Source of the DNA: Phoronis australis
Lineage: Eukaryota; Animalia; Phoronida
Direction of reading: 5' to 3'
DNA length: 64,000 bases
Assembly: GCA_002633005.1 (NCBI GenBank)
Contig: NMRA01000176.1
Location: 131,794 to 195,793, forward strand
In this document: positions 41,189-56,300 of the stretch, piece by piece
Layout of the letters: each line of letters opens with the position of its first letter
Position numbering within the stretch: the first letter of the stretch is position 1
Made by a program: the position numbers and the translations under genes
Notes under the pieces: model-generated
What the model was told of the DNA's origin: nothing
Seen by the model: the letters and a program-made list of their open reading frames with translations, nothing else
Database searches by the model: none

Positions 41189-41290
41189 CAGGTTTCACCA
41201 CCACCAGGAGCCGACAACGAGAAGAAACACTATTGTTGTGGTGACGTGCAAGATTCAATTTTTTCTGAAGAAAGTACAGATACTATTTCA

Positions 41291-44200
41291 TTATAGCCGC
41301 GCCCATAGCTTTGTTTCGTGTATCACCATCGACCGTTGTATGTCGCTCAGTTCGGCGCATCCAGCCAATGCCATCACTTGTCTCAGTTCATCTCTTAGAA
41401 GCTCAAGAATTCGGCGGACACCATTTTCACCCTGGTAGAAACACAAAGTACGTTGAGGTCGAAATCATAAAGTGCAACGATGCCAAAACAGTATGCGGCT
41501 ATTTTAAAACGAATCAAGCAATCTTGGCAATATCTATGTAAAACGTGCAACATTTAAACAAGGGAACTCATGATTTGAGAAGTGAGTCCACAATCTGTAG
41601 CGTCCTGCAGTCTATGCACAACTGGAAACCTGAAGTTCACTATACTTCTCTCAATCACTTGTCCCCTTGCCGGGCACTCCAATAATCCGGCACTACTTAT
41701 AAAAAACTGAAAGACTGCTTGGGGTGAGTTTACCAGTAGTGAATAAATTCGCAAATTTCTCAAATACAGGTCTATTTTACATCAAAATTAATTGAAACAA
41801 AACGAATTGAAAGTTTTTGCGTAGTATACTGCAACCATGCAGTCTCACCAACAGCAGTAACACATAGAAAGGTTCGTTATCCCTATTTTTTACTTGAGAA
41901 TTCTCGCACCATGGGAAGGAAATCTCCAGCTCTTTTTCTAAAAAGTTTGGCGAGTAGATAATTTTTAAATTTGTTACGAAGTGCTAGACTGAAAATCCCA
42001 GGAAATTTGTTACAAGGCAGGTCGTGTTGATAATTTTTTCATTTTTTACCAAGTGTTAGACTGACACAAATCCCAGGAAAATTGTTACAAGGCAGGTCGT
42101 GTAGATGATTTTTTTCATTTTTACCAAGTGTTAGACTGAAACTCCCAGGAAATTTGTTACAAGGCAGGTCGAAGACCTAATGCTGTGATTTTCACTCTGT
42201 GTACGTCTTGCCACTTATAGGTAACCTATTCAAAACATACCCTTTGTTATGCAGAGATTAACTGAAAACAATGTGACTTTCAGACAGACTTCTCTACGTG
42301 CTCTGCTGCCGTAATTTTTCCATTCACCGCGCAACCGGTCTACGCCATTAAAACAATTTTTGGGAAGAAATGAATTCACCAGTTCATTTTGGTTCAGTTC
42401 GAAATGCGAATATTTTTAGCAACAAATTCCTATTTTACTATCAGGTATATCCAATGACTAGAAATTGGTCTCACTCCCTAAAAGCCGTACTTGCATAAGA
42501 CTTACATCATAAACCAGTCCCCATAGAACCGGCTGCCCGATGAAGACCGCTCGCGCGCCCAGAGCCAACGCTTTGAAAACATCCGTTCCAGTGCGCACTC
42601 CACTATCGAGATACACCTCACAGTCACTTCCTACACTGCGCACTGCATCAATCACCTCCGACAAGACATCAATCTGGACAAGAAATTAGGCAGAAAACGT
42701 CAGTAGCACCGCAGGGCCTATGCGTACACGCTAAGAAAGTCATTAATTCATCCAATATTCAACCACCAGTTAAAAGCTACAACAGGTTACTCAAGTCACA
42801 CAATGGTAACACCGGGCCAAGTAGTATGAAATTGAAACGCCAATTATCTCGCCTTATTCATTGCATAGACCCAGCAGTTGAACTGATAGTTGTTTTCAAA
42901 CCCCTTCAGAAACTTTCCAATATGCTGTGTAAACTGAAGTCACCCATCCCTTTATTGAACAAGTAATGTTGTGTATAAGGTTGAATGTGACAACAGTAAG
43001 GAATTCTATGTCGGACTCGCACAGAGACGCCTCTGTGACAGGCTGAAAGAACATCACACCTCAGAGAAAAGAAACGTATATAGGCATTGTGTTAGCTACA
43101 ATCACCAAGCCAACTCTTGTTAGTATTATCTGCAGAGAACCCAATAAGGAGTTACTGTCAGTACATTAAAGAGCCATTGGCCATTCAGAACCAGCATGCC
43201 ACTGATTCTCTGCCAACATGCAGAGCTCTGTGACCCTGCAGCTATACGGTGATGACCAGCTACTGACTATATTCTATGTATCTCTCATTTCACTCTATGG
43301 ATGTTACCTGAGCTGTATGTTGGCACTTGTTGTCCTAAATTGTTGTAAATATGATCCTGATGATGTCTAATGAAAAGACGAAACGTTGAATTGAACATGA
43401 ACTTTTTTATTTGTGCGGCGATTGTCCGGTTTTTGATCTTACTATGGCCAAAAACTTTTCACAATAATATTGAAGTTTTGCATGTAGCCTATATGAAAGC
43501 TGCGCCCTTGCCAACCAAAATGAATATTTCAGAGTATTCTGAGCCGAGTTACACGTAGACAAATGTAGAACATTGCATACGGTTATGAAATAGGTGTAGG
43601 AAGTGTGTGAGAGTGTCTTGTCTGGGGGGGGGGGGGNACCGGGGAAGTATGCAGAGAAAAGGAAAAAAGGAATCGTAGACGTTTATTCTGACACGGATGT
43701 GCTGAACAGAATTTCCGTTGCACCTGTGAGGTGTCCTATTAGTTGCAATGCTGGCGTGTTGAGGTTGTTAGAGGATAAACGTTGATGCCCGCCGGCCAAG
43801 GGTTACTATAGCCCGTGAGGCTGAGTTGGGTTTCATGTCGGCCATCCAGAATATAGTGATTATCAAGATCAGGGACGGTCGGATCCAGCATTTTGAATGG
43901 GGGGCAGAATATTAGCCAGGATTTTGCACGTCAGACATTCGTACCCCCGAACTGCCAAACGGAATCTAGGGGAATTTTAGGGGGGGAGGGGCATGAGAAC
44001 GAGTCATAACGCTGGAGAATATATGTTCTAGCAATCTGCAGTTGATCAAAGTGTTACTGGTCTGTAGTTTTCCGCATCAGATCAGTCATTCCTCTTGAAA
44101 GTAGGAGTTACGTTTGATGTTAGCCAGACAAGGTGCCAGAGTCCAATGATAATTGAAAAATATGCTTGAGAGCAAGGGTGATTTCGTTTGCCGTTTCTCT

Positions 44201-44317
44201 GAGGAAACGGGCGGGTAAACTGTCAGGCCCTTTGGCTTTCTTCATATTCAGATGCTAGTAACTTCAGTAGAAATGTCTGTAGATGGAAATTTCTGAATAA
44301 GCTGGATGTGTGTGTGT

Positions 44318-44364
<47 letters not shown>

Positions 44365-47300
44365 ATGTGGGGTGAGACGGGGTTTGCGAGACCCCTTGAA
44401 ACGAATGCGATCGAGTGGCGCTGAGCGATCGAGGGTGCTGAGCGACCAGGGATCGTGGGGATGGGTCGGTAACGATGATTGGGCAGGGCCGGCCCCAAAC
44501 CTAGCGGGGCTCTAAGCAAAACATGACTTGGGTGCCCACCAAAAATAATTTCATACAGTTTATTAGGCATATGTTAAAAGTGGCACACCGCACCGTGTCA
44601 GAAGGTAGAAACCGCCAACGGAAATAAACCTGAGTTTTCGATAGAGTATCACTCCCACGCACGTACGTACTACCAAAACATTTAAATCACAAATATTAAT
44701 TTTCTCAGTCTCTAACGTCTAAAGGAAATGAAACATGAGCTACTATTGACTTCAATCAATTGACCATCTCTGTTCCGAAGGCTATATGGCACAAATCCTT
44801 TTACTCGCTGACGCTGTGAGTGACGTGTTTGTGAATGGCGATGACGGTGGAAAGGCATAAGAAATGGTGTGTGCGTACCTGTTTCATATGTAAACAGCTA
44901 CTATCTAAGTAGTGAGCAAGACAAAAAAAGCCCACGTTCAATTCGGTGCACAAAACGGACACATAAATCTATTAAAATTTTTAACGTTTTCTGGTTCAGT
45001 ATAATGAATTTTATGCTGATTTTGCCATTTACGATCGGTCTGTTTTTTCCGGACATCCTTTAACATTTACCTAGGACGTGGAGAGTCCGTGGTGATCGGG
45101 ATCGATTAACCCCGCTGATGGAAATCTTCGACTATGTTCTGATGCCATGATGACCTCTCCGAAACTCACTCTGCTCACCCACTCACTACCCCCCTTACAC
45201 CCTCCCCGCCCCCCGTGGGTTCTCCTACCTTCCTACGTTGTAGCACTACTACGTAGAAAAAATTACCGTTGCGGGTACACCATCTAGTATTCTTCCGCCA
45301 TGGTTTGAAACGAAAATCGCATCTGCACCGTGACGCACGGCTTCGATAGCGTCTTCACCTGTAAATTCAAGAGTTAATAACTTAAGTAATCGGAAAGGTT
45401 GTAAAAGAGCTGAAACCTCTGGATGCATCTCTTCAAAAATACAAATAGTTCTATTGGAAAAGACTAAAAGGGACAGAAAATTCGAACCTTCATTCAAAAA
45501 ATACACTTCTCATTTAGACCATTTACCGGCGTAAAATCGGTCTCATTTCGTTCCTTAATCAGATTTGAAATGATTTCTAGACTTGAGCAGAGGTGACAGT
45601 CGGTTATTGCTTCAGATCAGGCTCGGGGAGTTAGCTTGTTATGGCGGGTTAATTATAGCTTGCGCAGCATTATGGCCGCCAGGAGAATTCTAGGCGTTTT
45701 ATTGCAAGCAATTTCAAATCAATTAAATTTTTTTGACTCTAGAACATACTTTATTGCCGTTTTAAAACACCTGCGCCATATTTGACACCGCAATTCAGTC
45801 AGGTGTCCGAAGCAAAATCTCCTGTTAGCGCCAGAAGCCTGAGTAGCCTATCCACTACAGAACAAAACGTACACATAGGCCTATTTTGGCATCTGACCGC
45901 CTACTCCGCAATGCACTTTGAAATAATACAGATGTTCATAAATAACTCAGTTCTTAATAACATTCCTTGGCGAAAAAAATAACCTTTTGACATTTTGGTG
46001 GTGATCCCACCATTCTTATTCAATGTTTTGTGAACGTTACAAGGTCCATAAAACCAGAAATGTAAAACTAGTTATACAACTGCTTGTTTTTACTATTCCA
46101 ATTACAAAAACCCCAATAACTTGAAAAACTGACAAAATTGTATCTTTTTGTACCTGTAATTATCCCTTTTATGACTACCGGAAGTGAAGTAATCGATTTT
46201 ATCCACTTTACATCGGACCAAACAAGAGGTTTTTTGGCTCGCACTATCTTGTTTTCTGCACCTCCTTCCTCGAAGTTTCTCATTCTTAAAAGCAAAATAT
46301 GCGATAGAAAAGCAATGTTATTAGGTTCCAGCATTTTGCTTCAGCTACATCAAAGACTCATTTCCAACACTTCTCCTTAAAGGTGGCGCTGTGACCGATG
46401 GACAATGAAAGTGACAATACCAGCAACAGTATCTCTCCAAGCATTCTGTGGGTTACACCTAATACATGATGAATGAGCCAAAGTCATGTGACGACTTGGC
46501 GTATTCCTTTGAGAAGCTTTCATCTAGAAGCCACCTTGTCTGAATCAGTAGCGTGATCATAACTGAACTACATGTATCTGTCGTTTCGATTTTGTTTACC
46601 AAGGGATGAAAACAATTCCACGAAAGCACCTCTAAAATCCAGCTACGATCCCTTAAACTGCAGTTTGAGACCAAACGACGTCAAACCCATGGTAAAAGTC
46701 CATAGATTTGAACCCTCTACTCTACACACACAGCGAAAAGGAACCATACATGATGACCATTCCCTAAGACCAGATTATATGGCCGTACCTCTGCAGCAGT
46801 ACTTCGCAGCTAGAATATTATCAGAGATTATTACTGTACTAACTTTATGCCAGTTCTTTGTATTTCAATCATCTTTGGACCACAACAAGCCTACATTTGA
46901 AAATTTTTTATATTCCTTGTATCATTATATCAAAGTTAGACGAAAGCTGATCATCGGTTTTAAAAAATCCCCTGAATTTCACCTTTTGGGAAGCCCTATG
47001 TAAATACTTAGACATATATTTACTCACACATGTATAATTTTGAAGTAACTTGTACATGAAGAGTGCGTGGGTGTATGAATGGTGCGGTGAATGTTGTACC
47101 TTTCCATTGCTAGATAGTTGTTAGTTACCATTTGCTGTTACTTTCCTTCTATTGCGAAATGAAATATTAATTATTAAAAAAATCACATGATCATGGAATT
47201 TGGCCTCCGGAACTTGGTCAGCATGTATGGAGCATGTTAGGGATGCAAATCTGAGGATTTGGTGTCGTTGGTCTCGTACTCACTGGAATTTAGGGGAGCA

Positions 47301-50300
47301 TATCTGTAGCTTAGATGCGTTTACACAGACAGTGTCTCCATCTTTTGATAACATTATACTATCTAATTAGCTAAACTGTCCTTTGTGGAAACATTAGAAT
47401 TAATGACATGAATCGTGGAAACCTTGTAATTAACTGCAAATGCTTGATTCGCGTGCAAAATTTCTTTGTATATGCAAGGGGAAGCATTCGAGATCAGTAG
47501 TGTCGACCCGTATTTGCATGAATTATAAGCTGTGCAAATTTATGCAATGACCTGCATTTTGGTTTCATTAAGTCACTGACCACAAACACATGGGTGCGAA
47601 TATCAAGATGATCTGGATGAAGTGCCCCGGAAGGTAGTCGCGAACAGAAACTGAATTTTGGATGATGGTAGCCATTATTTGCATAAACTATGCACATTTA
47701 ATGCGCAACAGCCTGAAAATTGATTTCATAGAATTAATTGACCATACCAACATAAGAGAAAATATCACTATCATTTACCTGTGCAGTTTCTCATACCAGC
47801 GATAAGCACAAGCAGATTTTTACATAATGGCGGACTTAATATAAAAAAGCATAAAGTATGCAAATTCACGATTTATCTACCTGTAACTTAGATTCACTGA
47901 AGTCACTGACTTTGGAGACGTAGATATAAGCATCAAAACAATCTATCTATGATGCTTGGTAAGAAAGTCATCAAAAAAACCCTAAATTTTGCGTTATGGC
48001 AGCCTCAAAAGTTGCATATATGAAAAATGCTCAACTTTGTCAAGATTACAGTTTAGCTAAACTGCTCCATGGGCGTCACTTCAACATGAAACAAAACAAG
48101 AGCATCGCAGAGCGTTGAAATGCGCCCACGAATGCATCGCAAACGGTGTTCTTTTAGGGTTGTTTATTTGTGTCATAAAAATGACCACTTGGTGGCACAA
48201 AAACGTACAATCCATCTAAAACTGGGAACACGTCATAGCTTCTTTAATAGAAAGATATTCACCAAATTTCATAGAAATCTGTCTCGGAAATTCAGAGAAA
48301 CAAATGAAAACAGAATCATATGAAATTGACAATAGGGGCACAGTGTTCATTGGATCCGCCTGAAAGTCGTTATTGTCTGTTATTAGCTTCACATAAATAC
48401 ACTTACTAAATTTAATAAAGATCCAGCGGTGGGTTTAGGAGATACAGCTATGGGCGCAAAACAAAACAAAACTACCATTGGAGACGCAACAGTAGTCAAA
48501 GTCATCATCGTCAACATCCCAGAGAAAGCCAATTTTCAAAACCATCCTGAGAATTATTTGGTTGATAGAGAGGTGGACACCAAAGAAAAACAGACTCGAA
48601 AACAGCAAAAATGGCTACTAGGTGGTGCAAAATACCTCGATTCCATCCAAAAATGGGAGGATAGCGTCGTCTAACCAACAGATGCCTGTATCCAAAATTT
48701 TATGAAAATCCACTGAGGACCCTTGAAGAAACAGAGGAAAACGTAAAATCTAAAATTGCCACCAGGGGGCACACCAGTAGTGAGATTCGTCCGAAAACCG
48801 TCGTTGTTCTTTGTCAACATCATATGAATACTCCTCTAAAATTTAGTAAAGATCCTGCGAACAGTTTAAGAGCTGCAGCCATGGGCGCAAAAAAACGAAA
48901 CTGCACTAGGAGGCACCACAGTCGCTTAAGTCATCGGAAAATCATCGTCAGCCGTCCACTTCATAATAAAAACATACATGCCAATTTTCACAATTATCCT
49001 GAAAGCGATTTGGTTGATAGAGGGGTAGACTCCAAAAAACAAACTCGAAAACGGTAAAAATGGCCTCTAGGTGGCGCAAACTACGTCGAATCCATACGAA
49101 AATGAAAAGATAGCGTCACCACACTAACAGAAGCCTGTACGCCATTTTTTTGAAAATACATTGAGGACCTTTGAAGATACAGAGGTTAACCTAAAAAAAT
49201 AAAATTGCCACCAGGGGGAACACCAGTAGTCAAATCTGTCCGAAAGTCGTCGTCATCTTTTGTCAACATCATATAAATGCACTTACTAAATTTAGTAAAG
49301 ATCCTGCTGACCTTTTAGGAGATACAGCCATAGGCGAAAAAAAGCTGCCACTAGGAGGCGCCACAGTCGTCGAAATCATCGGAAAATCATCGCCAGCCGT
49401 CTTCTTTATAGTAAGAACATACGTGCCAATTTCCACAATCATCCTCAGAGCGGTTTGGTTGATAGAGGGGGGACGCCTAAAAACAGACTCGAAAACAGTA
49501 AAAATGGCCACTAGGTGGCGAAAACTACGTCGAATCTATCCGAAAACGGGATATCGTCATCTCACTAATAGATACCTACATGCCAAATTTTATGAAAATA
49601 CGCTGAAAGACCTTTGAAGATATAGAGGTAGGCCCTAAGCGTAAAAAACTAAAATTGCCACTAGGGGCACACCGGTAGGCGGATCCATCGGAAAGTTCGC
49701 TCATGCCGTCCCATTCATAAAAGGAACACATGTGCAAAATTTCATGATGAACATACGTCAAAGGTTGTTTTGGAGTTAGGGCAGCTGACGCCGGACGCGG
49801 ACACCAGACGCGGGCGCCGGACGCATATGAATATGTGGGCGCATAAAAACTTACACTTACCCTATGGATGGCTACTAAGCTGTATTGCTATAGGTGACTT
49901 TAAAACCAGAGATATTTTAGATACAAGACTGCGATTCTGGCATTGCAGCGGAATAAACCAAGAACCAAAATCATTGCGAGTTAAAGTACCTGACGCCAAG
50001 AGTCTGCTCTTTGTCCAAAAATCCAAGTCTTTTGGCTCCCCCCTTGCCGTGGCCAACGTTCATGGAATCCACTGTTAGTACTAGGGTCCTGTACCCACTG
50101 CGTTCAGCGCGTCGGATGTACTCTCGTATGAAATCGCGTTCGAAGAAATACCTGTACATTAAAATGATGGAACGGAGAGTTACCCCGTGAAGTGGAGACT
50201 ATTCATTGTGTTTAGGGAGATGAGTGCAGAAATCAAAGAGACTACGATATTACACATGTTTGGGACAATACCTATGACGTACAACGAAAATACTTGAGAC

Positions 50301-53300
50301 GTAGATTTAACATACCACCAGGATTTTCCGTAGATAAGCCCATGGGCGTGTATTCGGAAAATGAAAATTTGCAGGCGTTTTAGTAAAACCAAATAAAAGC
50401 CCGGTCACTTATTTGGAAGGGGGGGGGGGTGTAATCGGACGGTCATAGTTTTACTTAAAACTGTGTTTCTGAATTTTATGTTAATAAATGCATAATTCGT
50501 CAACAGCTTTGTTCGTTTTTATGTATAAATGCTCCATAAAGCTGAATTTGTGACAAAACGTTGATTGGGAGTGGGTTTTCAAACTCCGACTAATCTTATA
50601 GAACAACCAGACCATGTTTAACACCACTGAGAAACTTAGGGAAATCCTGAGTGCATCCGGATATTGACCCATTTGTCGCACGTGTTACTATCGGATTGCG
50701 TATGTAGTGCTTTGAAGATACATTCATCCCTTTATAATACAGGATGAGTTATTTCAATCGAAAGATGTCCCTACGTAACTTTTCGCCCTATTTGTGTTTG
50801 GCTGATTTTACTATTGGTTTTACTTTTTAAAAAGTGCGCAGGGTTTCCGCGGAAACCTCATCAATATGGCGGCAGTTGAGTTACATGAGTCATCTGTGAC
50901 TCACTACTGCGGCTATTTCAGGTGGTGGTGCACCACTAAAAATAAAACTTAAGTTAAAATATCCGATGTTAGTGAAATTTTTTGAATGAAAATTATATGG
51001 GCTTACATTTCGATTGAACTAACTGCGTTAAAATCCGTTCAGGAAGTTTTTAACTAAAATGAAACTGAAATAGTACCATTAAAATTGAATTTCTATAACG
51101 TATGACACTTTCATTCATGCATCATACCAGTTCCTTGGAAAAGGTATCCGCTTACATTTGTATCCAGTGATGTCCTCTTGGCACATTCGCAACAACGTCT
51201 TCGAGCTTCTCTGACGAAAATATGCCAACAGTTGATATGGTTCCAAGGTCTTGAGCAGCTGCAAACCGGATGAGCACTGAGAAAATGATTACTATTCAAG
51301 AAGAAGACTCATGTTTCTGGATGTTTCTTGCGTTTGAACAGCGACAAGAGGAGGCGAGTATAAGTTTACGGCAAACTGGCGACCATGTAACACGCGTTGC
51401 CGAGTCGTTCAGGTGTTTCATTCAAGAAATGACCTCCCTATGTTAAAGGCAACATTATGGGGAGCACAGGCAAATTCACATTTTCGCCTTCCCACCTCCC
51501 ATTTCTACTAATCCCACTGTCGACATAATGTCACATTTCCTCTTGATCGCCACAACCCTACTCCCTACGGTAGTCGTCAATTTCTTAACTGGCCTCGCTC
51601 CACCATGGAGCTAACCTACGTGTCCAGCTATGCCCCATACCCTCTCCCTGCGTTATGTACACTTTCTGTGATACAAGCGTTCAAACAGGCATGCACATCT
51701 ATTATTGTTGAAAGGACAAGTATTAATAGAACCCACCTCGAGCTATTCCAATTCCACCGCTAGGGTGCGCCGTCCCAGTGAGACCCATGGGCGAAATGCA
51801 TATGGGCATGTCTATGTTTCTTCCTAATATAGTCGTTCTTATGTCGGCGGGCTTAGAAAGCACATCTTTCTGCAGCAGCCTTGGTCGAATGCGAAATCTG
51901 CACACAGAAATTTTAAATTTCTGTTGAAACACTAAAGGAAGCTGAGATGCAGAAAACGGGATGCAGGTGATGATTATGAACAATTTAATAAACACATGGA
52001 TTGTACATAAATATATACAAACAAACGCTTCGGTTAGAACTTAAACAATCGTCTGCACTGACAGGCAGAATCATAAAAGACACATGGTATTTGTAGTCTA
52101 TGCAATCAACGACTGAGAGGTAAAAGAGAGGTGAGGGCCGGGATCAGGGTCGCACAAACCATTGTGTAGCGGGATTCGTGGCTAGGGTTGTAATTTGGAT
52201 GAGTCGACGTGATATTTTCAATGAGTTTAATGGATGTTTTTAATTCGTTAATATGCAGGAGGCCGGGGGTGGGTTACAATTATTCAAGACTTGGGTACGA
52301 TTACGTTAACGATTTGGCCGTCCAGAATCTCCCTTGACCTCTTTCGCCCTCTAGTCGTTGCCAATTTCGCATCCACCATGGGTGTGTGGATTCTACTGCT
52401 CAAAGAAGGGGCCAAACTCGGGGAAGCAGCCACCACAAATCGGATGCACATGTTTGAAAATTTAAGCGTTACACTATTTAGATTCAAACACGTTACATGG
52501 GGTACGCTTTTAGGATATGATTTTGATCTTTCAGTTAGTATTTTTATGAAATCCACATTCTAGTCCGGGAGCAAAATGCTGACAATGTTTTTTACTTAAC
52601 CTGGATTTGTCGGATAAAGTTTTTGTCTTTGCTTTTTCACGTAGCCTAGGCACATTTCNCGCAAACCTTGAGCATTTTTTAAAATATGCAAATTAAGCAA
52701 AATTATGCAAAATTCTATCTTTGCTTATATATCCTTACCAAGCACTGCAGCCTGATAATTTTGGTGTTTTTACCCATGTTTGCATGGTCAACAAATTTAA
52801 TGGTGTAAGTTTTTTTGGTGTATACATTGTCAATTTACATAATTTACGCAAATTAAGGCCGTCATTATGCAAAATTCTATTTTTGCTTATAACTTCCTCG
52901 TCAAGCACTGCATGCAGGTTATTTTGATGCTTTAACTCATGTTTCCATGGTCAACGAATTTAATAGTGAAAGTTTTTGGGTGGATAAATCGTCAATTTGC
53001 ATAATTTATGCAAATTAATGCCGCCATTATTTAAAAATTTACTTGTTCTAATAGCCATGGTACCAATCATCACTGGTGACTTATCATGATGTTTGCACTT
53101 ATGTTTCTATGGTCAATTAGTTTAATGAAATCTGTTTGCATGTTGTTGTATGATAAATTTGCATAATTAATGCAAATTAAGGCCACCATTATTCAAAATT
53201 ATACTTTTCTTAAAACGCCCTTACCAGGCACTTCAGACAGGTTACTTTAATGTTTTCACATATGCTTCCATGGTCAGTGAATTTAATGGACCTCGTTTGC

Positions 53301-56300
53301 TGGTGGTTACATCATGAATTTAAATAATATATGCAAATTCAGGCCGCCATTATTCAAAATTCTACCTTTATTTATAGCTGAAGTATCAGGCACCCCAAGT
53401 AAACTATTTTAACGTCTTTACCCAATGTTTCTGTGAAATCAGTTGGTAAATTGTTGCATGATGAATTTTCATAATTTATAAAAATAAAGGACAGAAGTAT
53501 TCCATACACTGTTTCTGTTCAAAATTTCCTTAAGGGCATTTACATGTACATTATTTTCAAATTTATCTCATGTTTTCATGGGCATCATGAATTTCCATAA
53601 TTGATAATTCACTCAAATTACAACATTCATATCAAAAATTCTACTGCATCAGACACCAGAGGTTAGTTATAAATATTTACACCCATGTTTCAATGGTCAA
53701 TGAATTTAATGAAATCTTACAGGTTGTAGCATGATAAATTTGCAGAATCTCCTTTTTGATGATGAAGTAAAAAAATATTTGGTGTTGTGCGTTCTGCAGT
53801 TGGAGACCTTAGATTCCAAAAAATATATTGCCTGTTGCTCTGTGCTCCCACAGATCATAGAAGAAACGCAGATTAGTTTAATGACTTGGAATGGGGATCA
53901 GTTTAAAGGGAGAACATTCATGAGGCACGAAAATAGTAGTGAGTGTATAGTTGGGAATTGCCCTCAAAGGAGAGACCCATAAGCTTTGAGCACAAGTTGC
54001 CATTTGTCCTACAAGATTGAAACAGATCTTGGAGAGATGGAGAGCGGTAACATTAGATCTTGTACTAAAACCTATCGCACAGAAGAAAGTAAGGCACGTC
54101 TTGATGCACATGCCCAGGATATTCCACGAATCTGTCAAAAGTAGATAGCAGCTACATCAATCTATTGGATCCCAAAGTCCACCCCAAAGACGCTGTAATG
54201 AACATTACCAGTGACTAGATTGCTACTCCAACAGTTAATGTAGGCCTACATGAAACAAGTATTGGACAGCCAATGTTATCAGACTTCGAGAGAGGCTAGC
54301 AGTATGTTAGGAACACAAGTACATATATGTAGGTAATCATGATGACGATCCTTGTCCCTTAATACAGTACAAGGTCATTGGAGACATCCCACGAAGAAGC
54401 TAGCTCCATTATTGTGCAATATGACGTGAAATGTGCATACATGTATGAACTTAACAAATTTTAGGTTGTTTCGGATGACAAAAATGTATTTGTCCTTCGA
54501 CTGCATTACTAAGACAAGGAACATCTTCAAATACCACAACCATGAAATCACCTGGTAAGAGTAGAACAGTCGTAGACATACATGTAAAGTTAACACTGGA
54601 AACATTGAGCGATATTGTGAAGGTCTCCTCCCTGTCCAGGTGCTGCAGGGGTGTAACACGATACATCGTTAAAATATTGAAGACTGGACATGATCTGTCT
54701 GCCATCGGCACTTTTGATGCACATTTTTCTGATGTCATGAAACAGGCCACTAAATGTATGTGTGCCTGTTATGGAATGAAGAGAATCAGGAAGATGTCAG
54801 GAACCAGACTACTGGTATGGGGAACAGAAATGGCAAGAAATATATGTCCGTCCCAAACTGTCACCGACAACAGAAGCATTCACAGAGAATGTAAACGTAA
54901 ACAGAGCCCATTAACAGTGAGTCATGTGGTGGAATTTCATCAGCACTAGATTCAGAAGACCATGAATGGAAGAAAAATGCCATAAACAAATCACTCTCAT
55001 CATCTAGGATTCCGCATGGTGTCCAACTCGCTCCTATTGCCTACTGGTGATTATTAGGTGTGTCTGCAATGGTCATATTCCACGCCAAGTTAAGTAGGTA
55101 CAGTTGTAGTGTCAATTTTCTACCCCGCACAATATTTTCGGCACGTTATACTGTAGTGTGCTCACGTTCCGAGTGTTGAATTAGCATTTGGAACGTCTTG
55201 TGTCATGGTCTCTATTAGATACATTATGTGCTGTGTTTATGGAATAGCGGATTTGCAGCGACGCCATATTGAAATTAGGTTAAAATGGTGCATTGTGGGT
55301 GCTGTGGTCAGGATTCCGAAAGCGGCCATAGTAACAAGCATAATAAGCGGTATGAGCGCGAAGAAAACTTACGGCGAATACACTTGTTGTGTTCCTGGCT
55401 GCTTCAAAAACAACAAGAGAGATAAAAATCTGAATTTTTATGAGTTCCCTGCGAGCCAAGAATTTCGTGAAAAATGGATAAACAACATTAGGAGAGCTGG
55501 GAGTAAGGGGAGATTTAGCGCATTCAAACCAACGCGGGGCCATCTAGGGGCTACAATACTTCCATTCGCTTTCTGTACTCATTTCGTTACTTCAGTGTAT
55601 TTCAAACGGGCCGTGACCGGATTTGTGTTACCGATTTCGAGTTTTCACCTCGTCAAAAATACATTCTACACTTAAAACTATCATTTAAAAAANNNNNNNN
55701 NNNNNNNNNNNNNNNNNNNNNNNNNNNNNNNNNNNNNNNNNNNNNNNNNNNNNNNNNNNNNNNNNNNNNNNNNNNNNNNNNNNNNNNNNNNNNNNNNNNN
55801 NNNNNNNNNNNNNNNNNNNNNNNNNNNNNNNNNNNNNNNNNNNNNNNNNNNNNNNNNNNNNNNNNNNNNNNNNNNNNNNNNNNNNNNNNNNNNNNNNNNN
55901 NNNNNNNGTTAAGCAACCCAAGAACTCTCAACTTGTCTAAAACCGGAGGAGATTTCGAAAACAACGCCGATAGCCCCAATACTGAACATGACGACAGTCG
56001 TGCCCTCGGTCACACGGTCACTGATCATAGCTACGCTGTGTTTACAAACGAGAGAGAGGACTTGCTTGGTATTATAAAGCAAAAAAATGAAACATGGTTT
56101 TTAGTTTGCAAATCACTCCAAATGCACACACTATCCAGCCTGCTCAAGACACGGCCTGACCACAAGCTATCCCATGAGCCTTCGCGCAGGAAGTAACTCG
56201 CACATGCGCAATGCGTAGTTCGTTTGCGCTGCAAATCCGCTAATAAACAATTTGGTCATCCACTACATATACCCTGGGTATCAGACAAAACTAGAATTCG

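Noticed and set aside
44223-44570. ORFs with THTHTH or CVCVCV runs
   Set aside because: They are translations of the (GT)n microsatellite.
46572-47003. 143-aa plus-strand ORF inside an HAO intron (similarly 57261-57653)
   Set aside because: No recognisable domain or splice context; consistent with random open frames.
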